IMG/VR virus record: IMGVR_UViG_3300009788_000087
Length of the DNA stretch: 64,000 nucleotides
Source: a virus
Strand: one strand, 5' to 3'
Below the pieces are notes generated by a model. That model was not told the origin of the DNA, did no database searches, and was given only the letters and a program-made list of their open reading frames with translations. The first letter of the stretch is position 1, and every line of letters starts with the position of its first letter. Shown here one piece after another: positions 56,583-64,000 of this stretch. The position numbers and the translations under genes are program-made.

Positions 56583-58946
56583 CTACGCAGTGAACTCAAC
56601 ACCAGATGCGGTGATAATGAACTGCAAGTCAATGAATTCAGCTGTCCTGGTTGGCTGCAAGAAGATCTTTCCGATCATGATGTTCCTGTCAACCACGTCA
56701 GGCGTGTTGAGGTTTGTGTCCATTACAACCTGGAATCTTTCAAGACCCTGTTTCTGCCTGATGTCTTCCAAGATTGGATTGACGAGGTTTGTGAACCTCT
56801 GGTATGTAGCAGGATTGTTCGGCTCGAAGACTAGGAACTTAGCTGCAGATGCAATCGTCTTCTTTGCGAAGATGAGAAGCCTACGCACATTCACTCTGTC
56901 GAGTGCCGATGCTGCAACTTGAAGAGTCTTCTGACCCCAGACCGTAATTCCCTCATTTGGGAACGACGCGATTGGATTGACCCTGTTGTCATACAGTGAA
57001 TCTCTATCAGAGAATGTCAATCTGTCGATTACATCAACGACACCAAACTGGTTGAGACCACCACGATTCAGACCTGCTGGAGCAAACCACTGCTGTCCGA
57101 CGCGGTCAGAGAATGCATACGCACCCAAAACCACAGTCGACGGCTTGACTCTAACAATCCTGTTATTGTCCCTATCATCGATCTTGACGTCTGGATAGTA
57201 TGTTGCAGTATAGTTGTCATCAATTTCACGAGACTTCAATCCATCAATTGCTTCAGTTGGCGTTGCGCCGGTGATGTCCATGATGTAGATTGCATCCATC
57301 CTATCATTTACAAGCAATCTCGCGTGATCAGTGACCTTAAGGTTCTCAACACCAGGTATTGCCAAGATGTTGATATCGATGAAGTCAGGATTCGCGATAG
57401 TATCGAGAGATCTCTTCATGGATGTAACAGCGAGGTTCGTGTCACTGGCATTGTTAGCGATATCAAGTGGATCTTCAACTCTAAGATCGAAACCATCGAA
57501 ACCACCCTGTATTGCAAACGTGAACTGCTGTAATGAAGCACTAATGAAGATTGGCGCATATGCCGTGATTGCCGTGTTGTACTCGTACCTCTCTCTGCCC
57601 GTTGCGAACGATGCACTGAGATGTTTAAGTGAGAAGTCAGTATCATCCTGACCGGCTATGCTTACTACATTATCAATTACCTCTTGGTCGGTAAGTGCAG
57701 GAAGTGACCTCATCCTGTCAGCAATTCCACCAGACACAAACTGGACTCCCCAGTAAATCTTGGAATTGAAGTTTCCATTTGTGTCAATTTGGTTCGGCTG
57801 GAACTTAAGTTCAGGAATCCTATTATCTCCGTCACCATCAAGCTCAGTATCATGACGAGAGTACGCCATCTTATCATATCCACGGAATCCCCATGGAAGT
57901 GCTTCCGACGGTGCACCATTGTTCTTTAAAGCTTCAACTCTGATTAGCTTGCTCTTTGTTGGGAAATCTCCGTGTGAAACAAACTTGCGCTCATTCGTAT
58001 CGAACTCTTCCCACATATCACCAATCCTACGACAAATGTAATTCCTATCATCAGGATCAAGAGAAAGACCGATAAACGTCTCGAAAACCTCAGGACGAAT
58101 GTCGGTATCATAGAAGTTTCTTACAACTAGATCAAAGCTTCCAAACGGAGTTGACAAGTCATTTACAGATGGTCGAATATTCTGGATTGAAATCTTTATT
58201 TCGTCATTTGTCGAACGACCATGGCCAAGTGTATGGAGCTTAAAGAGGTTAAACTCATTACCACCGAGTAATTGTGACTTAACGAATGTCGTAGAACCAG
58301 ATGTAAAGTTCTTTGCAAACGATGTAATTGTTCCTGAAACAGCTACTATATCCCATGAAGCTGATGCGGGAAGGTCTGCATACTTGAAAATCTGGTATAC
58401 GTAGTGATTATCTGTGCTATATCTTGTCGGGTCTGTATTAAGAACCTTTCCGATATATTCTGCAGATGACGTCAAGAATGACGCAGTTGCAGAAAATGTT
58501 CCAGCTGTAAACACAAACTTGTCAGCATCACCATCAACACCAACAACACTGATTTCGCTCACTGTACCGCTATGATGGATTACAGCAAGAATGCTACCTG
58601 TAGTTTCAATCGAACCACTGGTATCATAAATTCCACTAATTCCATCTACGGAATATCCAGCAGTTACATTAGCCAGACCATCATTATGGCCTAGAACTCT
58701 AACAAAATTCAGAGTTGAGTTGTTCGCAAGGTAATTCTGTGCGGCATAAGGTCCTTCCTTAAGCACGTCTAGACCACCCAGTCTCTCAAGGAATTCTTGG
58801 AAATTAGCTAGCGTAACTGGAACCATAGCTGGTCCCTTCTTGGAAGTACCGATAACTGCGGCGCCGATTCCAGCAACTCCCTGTGCTAAGAATGACTGGT
58901 CGATCTCGCTGGTAAAGACACCTGCGCTTAAAAACTTTGAAGCCAT
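56583..58946 (-). CDS. contractile tail sheath protein (T4 gp18-like)
   Basis: SAGVF..EIDQSF, G...KGPA..P, WFAPAGLNRG, LY...VNPIA.FP..G..VWGQKTLQ...SALDRVNVRRLL, AEFI. Confidence 0.97.
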   Translation of the reverse strand: MASKFLSAGVFTSEIDQSFLAQGVAGIGAAVIGTSKKGPAMVPVTLANFQEFLERLGGLDVLKEGPYAAQNYLANNSTLNFVRVLGHNDGLANVTAGYSVDGISGIYDTSGSIETTGSILAVIHHSGTVSEISVVGVDGDADKFVFTAGTFSATASFLTSSAEYIGKVLNTDPTRYSTDNHYVYQIFKYADLPASASWDIVAVSGTITSFAKNFTSGSTTFVKSQLLGGNEFNLFKLHTLGHGRSTNDEIKISIQNIRPSVNDLSTPFGSFDLVVRNFYDTDIRPEVFETFIGLSLDPDDRNYICRRIGDMWEEFDTNERKFVSHGDFPTKSKLIRVEALKNNGAPSEALPWGFRGYDKMAYSRHDTELDGDGDNRIPELKFQPNQIDTNGNFNSKIYWGVQFVSGGIADRMRSLPALTDQEVIDNVVSIAGQDDTDFSLKHLSASFATGRERYEYNTAITAYAPIFISASLQQFTFAIQGGFDGFDLRVEDPLDIANNASDTNLAVTSMKRSLDTIANPDFIDINILAIPGVENLKVTDHARLLVNDRMDAIYIMDITGATPTEAIDGLKSREIDDNYTATYYPDVKIDDRDNNRIVRVKPSTVVLGAYAFSDRVGQQWFAPAGLNRGGLNQFGVVDVIDRLTFSDRDSLYDNRVNPIASFPNEGITVWGQKTLQVAASALDRVNVRRLLIFAKKTIASAAKFLVFEPNNPATYQRFTNLVNPILEDIRQKQGLERFQVVMDTNLNTPDVVDRNIMIGKIFLQPTRTAEFIDLQFIITASGVEFTA

Positions 58947-59074
58947 CGATGATATCTCCTATTAATCTGGCCTAGGATTCAAGGTAAACGACCAGATATA
59001 GCTACCGTTAATTAGATTTGTTGACAGTCAAAGTCCCTTTTTTCTGGAAAGTTTTTTGGCAAAATATTCAAAAC

Positions 59075-59959
59075 CTAACTAGGGAGCGTATAGTATGTCT
59101 TAAGAATTGCTCCTGGAGAGAAAATCTCATCAAGTTCATCTTCACTATCCACAAAACAAACGTTTTCATCTGAGAACTTGATATCAAAAGCAGTTTTTTC
59201 AGTTTGAATAGCAGGACGTGTACCCTGCGGGTCAAGTTGAAGGTATGTCGGAACTGTCACGTTGAAAGAATATTTCACGATTCTCTCTTGATCTGTGAAT
59301 TCTTCGAAGTTCCCAGCGTCTGTGAGGCTAGTGTCGATTAATCCGATGAAGTAATAACCTTTGAGCGGATCTTTATTTTCGAATTCGACACCTTGACTCG
59401 ACTTATTCTCGAACTTACTCCTGTAAAGAGGTGCGACGAATTGGTTCTGTATATCAAGTGCATTGAAGATTTTCTCAACAATCTTATTCATCTGCAGGAT
59501 ATACTGAGCTTGGATTGTTACTTCGTATGTAGTCACGAACCAGTCTGGCATCGGTATCTTCGTTAGTTCATAGACGATTTTTCCACTTCTATCCTGGTTC
59601 GGCAACGTGCGTGAACTGATTGCATTCTGCACGACACTAGTCTTCTTGTCTACTCTCCTCGCAATTGTTAGGTTTGCTTGTTCAGTACCAAGAGCCATCA
59701 TCGACCTATCACGTTCCATGGAAGTGCGTCTAACACTAACGAGAGGGAGTATCAGAAGACCATTTTTGTCTCTCAGTCCGCGCTGATCTCGAGCTGTCGA
59801 CCATCTCTCACCTGATGCGAAGATAACAGGTACTTTCTTGAGTTCTCGAGTAGGCGTCTCAACGAATGCATCAACAGAACGATCGAACCAATCATAAATT
59901 GATTGATCGACATCTTCTATCGTAATGTCTTGATATTCTGTTCTCTCGTCAGTTGACAT
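59075..59959 (-). CDS. tail terminator / completion protein (gp15-like)
   Basis: VPVIFASGERW, G.LILPL.S..RT, P.PD...TYE, between neck and sheath genes. Confidence 0.65.
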   Translation of the reverse strand: MSTDERTEYQDITIEDVDQSIYDWFDRSVDAFVETPTRELKKVPVIFASGERWSTARDQRGLRDKNGLLILPLVSVRRTSMERDRSMMALGTEQANLTIARRVDKKTSVVQNAISSRTLPNQDRSGKIVYELTKIPMPDWFVTTYEVTIQAQYILQMNKIVEKIFNALDIQNQFVAPLYRSKFENKSSQGVEFENKDPLKGYYFIGLIDTSLTDAGNFEEFTDQERIVKYSFNVTVPTYLQLDPQGTRPAIQTEKTAFDIKFSDENVCFVDSEDELDEIFSPGAILKTYYTLPS

Positions 59960-60818
59960 CTTCTTCTAATCCCAAATTGACAGGATCCTTTTCATTCCAA
60001 TTTCGAAGTGCGTAATCAATGAATGGAGCTACTTTATCAATTCCAGGTCCCCAGCTGAGATGTGGATAATCCATGTTTGCTATTGTAAGTATAGCAACGA
60101 GCTTTCCTTTGTAGTAAACACCTGATCCACTCATACCAGATGTTACAGGAATAGAAGTGTGGTAAAACCCGCTATATCCAAGAATTGTGCTCTTGTTGAT
60201 ACCTGAAAAGAACCCATAGACGACATTTACATCATCTGCTCCCCAATTTCCCTTTGGAGCTCCAGCAGTCAATAGGTATGCTTGTCTTGGAGGGTGGGAC
60301 GTCGCCACGATAGCTGGTTCACCAGCGAGTCCTGTAGTTTCCATTGCACAGATATCATTTGCAATATCTCTATAAAGCACTCTTGCTTTCAGTTTTCTCC
60401 CATCAACAGTCACGATATATTTTGCTATAGAAAGCACAATTCCTTCATTAACCAGATCTCCAACACTGAATGCATTAACACATACGTGACTAGCGGTCAA
60501 TATTAGGCTCTCATTTACATCTTCATCAAGAGCAATAACTGTCCCCGTTCCTGACGATCCGACAATTGATTTATCTAGACCAAGTATGGTTAAGTCTTCT
60601 ATGATAAAAACCGCATGTGAAACAAGTGCTCGACGTTCTGCAGCATCTTTGTCAAACGATCCAATTGGATCTTCATGTGGCATCGTTATCGGCTGGATGT
60701 TTATCACATCCGGCTCGAATTCTATTGTAGCTTCTTCCTGTGTAGCTCGATACTCTCTAGAAGAGAGCAGAAATGCCACGCCACAAATAATAATCCAGTA
60801 TTTCAACCATCTAAGCAC
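59949..60818 (-). CDS. trypsin-like serine protease with N-terminal signal/anchor
   Basis: GTGTVI, LTASHVC (His), DIC (Asp), GMSGSG (Ser). Confidence 0.88.
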   Translation of the reverse strand: MLRWLKYWIIICGVAFLLSSREYRATQEEATIEFEPDVINIQPITMPHEDPIGSFDKDAAERRALVSHAVFIIEDLTILGLDKSIVGSSGTGTVIALDEDVNESLILTASHVCVNAFSVGDLVNEGIVLSIAKYIVTVDGRKLKARVLYRDIANDICAMETTGLAGEPAIVATSHPPRQAYLLTAGAPKGNWGADDVNVVYGFFSGINKSTILGYSGFYHTSIPVTSGMSGSGVYYKGKLVAILTIANMDYPHLSWGPGIDKVAPFIDYALRNWNEKDPVNLGLEEDVN

Positions 60819-60821
60819 CCA

Positions 60822-61331
60822 TTAACTCCCACAAGTTGACGGATCAACTGGGTGGGAATTATCAATGAATTGAGCGGAATCACTATGTATTTGCATTTGA
60901 CCCTCACGTGATGGTGTACACCTGCACTGAGTCATGATCTTCTCATTGACCTGACCAAATACAAGCTGTGGCTGCGTGACTGATGTTATCTCAAACACTA
61001 CTTGACCAAACTCAATGAAGTCACCTTCTTTTGGTGAAACATTCCTGCCGATAAGTTCATCTGTGTGGAAATAAACATCAAGACTGTATTTTGAATCTAG
61101 TGTAAACTGTGTCGTATCGACGCCTGGATTGTCATAATTGACCAAAGCATTGATTTTCACAGGACTAAACCATATCTTATTTATGCTTTCCTGATACAAC
61201 CTGTGTGAGACAGTGTGTTCTTCAGAGATTGCGTAGTAGATGACCTCTTGACCAACAAAGTTCTGGATGAGTTCTTTGTTTATCTTCGATATAAAATCGA
61301 GCTCTTTCGATGTTATGAATTTTCTAGAGAT
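60822..61331 (-). CDS. neck protein (gp14-like); frame is open upstream of the called TTG to an ATC at 61331
   Basis: SRKFITSKELDFI...E.I..FVGQ...YY...LY.E...K, P.EGDF..FG...FEI..V; GGAGG 8 nt upstream of ATC. Confidence 0.7.
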   Translation of the reverse strand: MSRKFITSKELDFISKINKELIQNFVGQEVIYYAISEEHTVSHRLYQESINKIWFSPVKINALVNYDNPGVDTTQFTLDSKYSLDVYFHTDELIGRNVSPKEGDFIEFGQVVFEITSVTQPQLVFGQVNEKIMTQCRCTPSREGQMQIHSDSAQFIDNSHPVDPSTCGS

Positions 61332-61705
61332 TGTTCTGGCCTCCGTATATCAAAAATTGATCCAGGTTCTTCAATATCGACATCAACGATTGTCGCTAAT
61401 TTATATGCAAGAGCTCCAATATCTTGCTGTGATATTTTCATTAACATGTGTGGTTTACCGGTTGCGCCAGCATCATAAAAGAAACCCTTAAGGCCTTTTT
61501 CGAGTTCATCAATAACAACATCAATATCATTATGCTCACGATGAATATCATTAATCAAATCTACTGTAGATTGCTTCAGATCATCTACTATCTCATGGTT
61601 AACATCACCTCGTCGATTTTTAACCCATGTATCGATCACGTCATCTACAATTGTAGATATTTCATCGTTTTCACAAAGTTTATATACTTCAGTAAGTCTA
61701 ATCAT
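61313..61705 (-). CDS. hypothetical protein with shared N-terminal motif
   Basis: MIRLTEVYKLCE start at 61705 with GGGAG RBS. Confidence 0.6.
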   Translation of the reverse strand: MIRLTEVYKLCENDEISTIVDDVIDTWVKNRRGDVNHEIVDDLKQSTVDLINDIHREHNDIDVVIDELEKGLKGFFYDAGATGKPHMLMKISQQDIGALAYKLATIVDVDIEEPGSIFDIRRPEQSLENS

Positions 61706-62234
61706 CACGCTCCCACCATCCAATGAGCTCGCCGCCCGCACCAGTATCTGGTGTATTGAATGCCGCAACTTCCATATCAAAACCTTCCAGCATTTCTTTT
61801 GTGACTGTCACTGCATGTTCTTCACGATCATTTCCATATGATGCCTTCTGCGGACATAAGCCCCACGGACATCCGTATATGATCCTCTTCACATTTTTCT
61901 TCAACATTTTGGTAACTTCACCGAGCCATTCTTCATTGAGAGCATGCTCAGGACCGTGATCCCAGTGTACAGTGTGCCACTCATCTTTCTCAAACATCTT
62001 ATGCAAGTCTGCGATGTCACCGAGATGTTTTTCAATACCTTCTACATCAAATTGAGCCAGATTAGGTTTGAATATCTCAAGTAGACCGATCCTCTCCGCA
62101 CCGAGCTTCTTTGCATAGTCTACCCAGTGGAGATATGATCCCTTTCTCCATCCGACATATAGGAATGAAGAAGTAGGAGTAAATTTTTCTACGCTATTGT
62201 CCAACCAATCGTATGCTGGTTTATTGTGTGGCAT
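61698..62234 (-). CDS. SAM methyltransferase-like protein (divergent)
   Basis: FLYVG, LEIF, GDI, EH, GCPWG...GN..EEH pattern. Confidence 0.5.
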   Translation of the reverse strand: MPHNKPAYDWLDNSVEKFTPTSSFLYVGWRKGSYLHWVDYAKKLGAERIGLLEIFKPNLAQFDVEGIEKHLGDIADLHKMFEKDEWHTVHWDHGPEHALNEEWLGEVTKMLKKNVKRIIYGCPWGLCPQKASYGNDREEHAVTVTKEMLEGFDMEVAAFNTPDTGAGGELIGWWERDD

Positions 62235-62239
62235 TATTT

Positions 62240-63382
62240 CTATCCTACGTAAATTCCTAATGGCACCTGAGCCAACTGCCTATTCAAGTTTTCTGCCACC
62301 TCTGCTTCACGTGCAGCTATATTTTGATATGTCGTATCTTCCAAGAACTCTCTTATCTCTGACCTAAGTCTTTCCTGTTCAGTCCTTGCATCTGAAATAA
62401 GCTCTGGACCGTTCAAAGTGAGGTCACCGTTTGGAATCGGGATCGTGGAAATCTTTGAACGAATCTCACCTAACACTTCTTTCGATAATGCGTGAGTCAT
62501 CTTCCAAATCCACGACCTTGAAATAGAATTCAAGTTGCAGTATTCAATGTTACTAAACGGTACATTCGATACGTTTGAAACCCCGTCGAGCTGTGCATCA
62601 TCATAGTCCGGAACATAAGGGTCTTTCGGCAACCAGTATGTAAAGTGGATTCGTGTTGCATTTGTCGGAGTCGGATACATCTTAATCACGTTGTTATTGA
62701 TATCGTAACTAAACTGTGATCTCCTAACTCTATTGGATGTTTCAAACTGCATTCCGCGAAGGATATCTTCCCAGACAGGAAGGAGATAGAATATAGTCTC
62801 AGGTGTGAATGACTCAAAGCTGAACTGATTATTCAGGAAGTTAACTGCAGACGTCGTACCGAAGAATCTATACTGCGTTAGTGGACTGAAGTGGAAGACT
62901 TCCTTAATCTGTGCTTTTCTTATTCGACCGTCTGATCCTGTGAGTGAGCCCGATATGATGACTTGAATGTCGTAGTCTTGCTGTCCGACCGTCGTTGTGA
63001 AAGAGCCACTGTGTAGCGTAAAAGAACCTCCGACACCAGCAAGCTCTCCGTACGGTTCTGCCTGTCGACGCTGGAATTCAAGAAGATTCTGTGAGTACCT
63101 ATTCTCTTGCCCGCCGCCAGCAACTGATCCAGTAAGAGAACCGGTTGGAGAACCGAGCACACTAGCTGCCACAGATTTATATTGGTACTGGTTAATGTAT
63201 GCACCGTACTCGATTGCTGCTTCTTCGAATGATGAATACACGTCAGACGCACTGAGTTCTACACAGATTTTTGATCCCCCAAGCTTCTTGCGAACCCAGT
63301 TCTCAACTTTGTCTGCGTCATCCTGGAAACAGACGTCACTATCAAAAATACCGAAAGGTGTTGCGCCTACTGTAAATGCCAT
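62240..63382 (-). CDS. neck protein (gp13-like)
   Basis: TPFG.FD.D, W...KLG.....VEL, AL.KE.LG.IRSK...IPIPNG..TLNG.EL...A..E. Confidence 0.8.
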   Translation of the reverse strand: MAFTVGATPFGIFDSDVCFQDDADKVENWVRKKLGGSKICVELSASDVYSSFEEAAIEYGAYINQYQYKSVAASVLGSPTGSLTGSVAGGGQENRYSQNLLEFQRRQAEPYGELAGVGGSFTLHSGSFTTTVGQQDYDIQVIISGSLTGSDGRIRKAQIKEVFHFSPLTQYRFFGTTSAVNFLNNQFSFESFTPETIFYLLPVWEDILRGMQFETSNRVRRSQFSYDINNNVIKMYPTPTNATRIHFTYWLPKDPYVPDYDDAQLDGVSNVSNVPFSNIEYCNLNSISRSWIWKMTHALSKEVLGEIRSKISTIPIPNGDLTLNGPELISDARTEQERLRSEIREFLEDTTYQNIAAREAEVAENLNRQLAQVPLGIYVG

Positions 63383-63850
63383 TTATTTTAATCTTCCACC
63401 AAATGGGTCATAACCAAAATCTTTAAGTATCTCAGGTTCTCTACCGAGATGTATGTGACGTTCCCAAGTTTTACCGCCATCAATATCTGGATGTGCTAAG
63501 AATACAAAAACTTCACCTGAGTCCGGGTCAATTACTTCAGTTCTAAACTTCTTTCCACCATGATCCCATAAAGTCACGTCTGTCAATTTTCCAAGATCTA
63601 TACCTTCTTCTTCAATTTTTTCTCCAAAAGCAGTATGTAGCTGATTGCCGACTGTGCGATAGAAGTCGACATTTTGAATCTGCTTACCGTCGGTGGTGGC
63701 ATCTGCATTCCCGACGCCGAGATCTTTTGATGTTAAACCAGCACTTGGAGGAGTCGGTCTTGCACGATGTTTTCCCTTTGGATCTTTAAACTTACCCCAA
63801 GGGAAGTTGGCTTCAAAAATTCGCTTGTATATCTCAGTGAGCTTGATCAT
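63383..63850 (-). CDS. hypothetical protein, paralogous N-terminus with 40171..40629
   Basis: MIKLTEIYKRIFEANFPWGKFKDPKGK; ATG overlaps upstream TGA. Confidence 0.7.
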   Translation of the reverse strand: MIKLTEIYKRIFEANFPWGKFKDPKGKHRARPTPPSAGLTSKDLGVGNADATTDGKQIQNVDFYRTVGNQLHTAFGEKIEEEGIDLGKLTDVTLWDHGGKKFRTEVIDPDSGEVFVFLAHPDIDGGKTWERHIHLGREPEILKDFGYDPFGGRLK

Positions 63851-64000
63851 GGTCCACCCTCCCAAACCTTGTTTCGTTCATCCCACCAAAGATAATCTTC
63901 TCCAATTTCAGATTTCAAATTATCGTTATATGCACGCCACTCACCTGAAAAATCTTCGAATTCCCATTTTGACGCATCTAAATCCATATTTGGATGGCCA
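63847..64000 (-). CDS. 3' end of a Trp-rich hypothetical protein entering from outside the window
   Basis: Manual translation WPSNMDLDASKWEFEDF...YLWWDERNKVWEGGP*. Confidence 0.55.
   Translation of the reverse strand, partial: GHPNMDLDASKWEFEDFSGEWRAYNDNLKSEIGEDYLWWDERNKVWEGGP

Noticed and set aside
59021-59031. TTGACAGTCAA palindrome upstream of the sheath gene as an operator
   Set aside because: Single short instance with no second copy noticed; compatible with chance
1-64000. Alternative genetic code (stop-codon reassignment seen in some large phages)
   Set aside because: Long conserved genes are intact under code 11, and TAA, TAG and TGA all end genes at coupled junctions
1-64000. Most plus-strand and nested minus-strand ORFs in the track (e.g. 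25775..26236, 33735..34259, 50087..50722)
   Set aside because: They shadow well-supported minus-strand genes and show no motifs or RBS
1-64000. tRNA, rRNA or CRISPR arrays
   Set aside because: No cloverleaf/T-loop pattern or spaced direct repeats seen, and intergenic gaps are short; a tRNAscan run would be needed to be certain

Overview
A 64 kb segment of a large lytic tailed phage (jumbo-type myovirus with T4-like neck, sheath, tube, helicase and SSB genes but a bacterial-type DnaE polymerase). It uses the standard genetic code and almost all genes are on the minus strand. In transcription order (right to left) it holds: (1) neck, tail and baseplate genes (64.0-44.4 kb) with a freestanding HNH endonuclease and a probable frameshifted tail-chaperone pair; (2) a PolA-like polymerase, an HD protein, probable head-internal proteins sharing an N-terminal motif, a tubulin/FtsZ homolog and a 2507-aa multi-enzyme polyvalent protein (44.2-29.7 kb); (3) recombination and replication genes and a probable class II ribonucleotide reductase (29.7-19.5 kb); (4) a tightly coupled nucleotide and DNA-modification operon around dnaE (19.5-9.5 kb); (5) small accessory genes, some under sigma70-like, partly leaderless promoters (9.5-0 kb). 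The most notable system is a predicted cytosine hypermodification pathway. It combines an Asp-type (dCMP-specific) thymidylate synthase homolog, an all-alpha dNTP pyrophosphohydrolase, a dNMP kinase, a T4 beta-glucosyltransferase-like enzyme, a SAM methyltransferase and a close homolog of plant UDP-arabinopyranose mutase (RGP/GT75). This suggests DNA carrying a furanose, possibly O-methylated, sugar on modified cytosine. All family calls come from motif recognition by eye; no database searches were run. No tRNA, rRNA or CRISPR array was seen.
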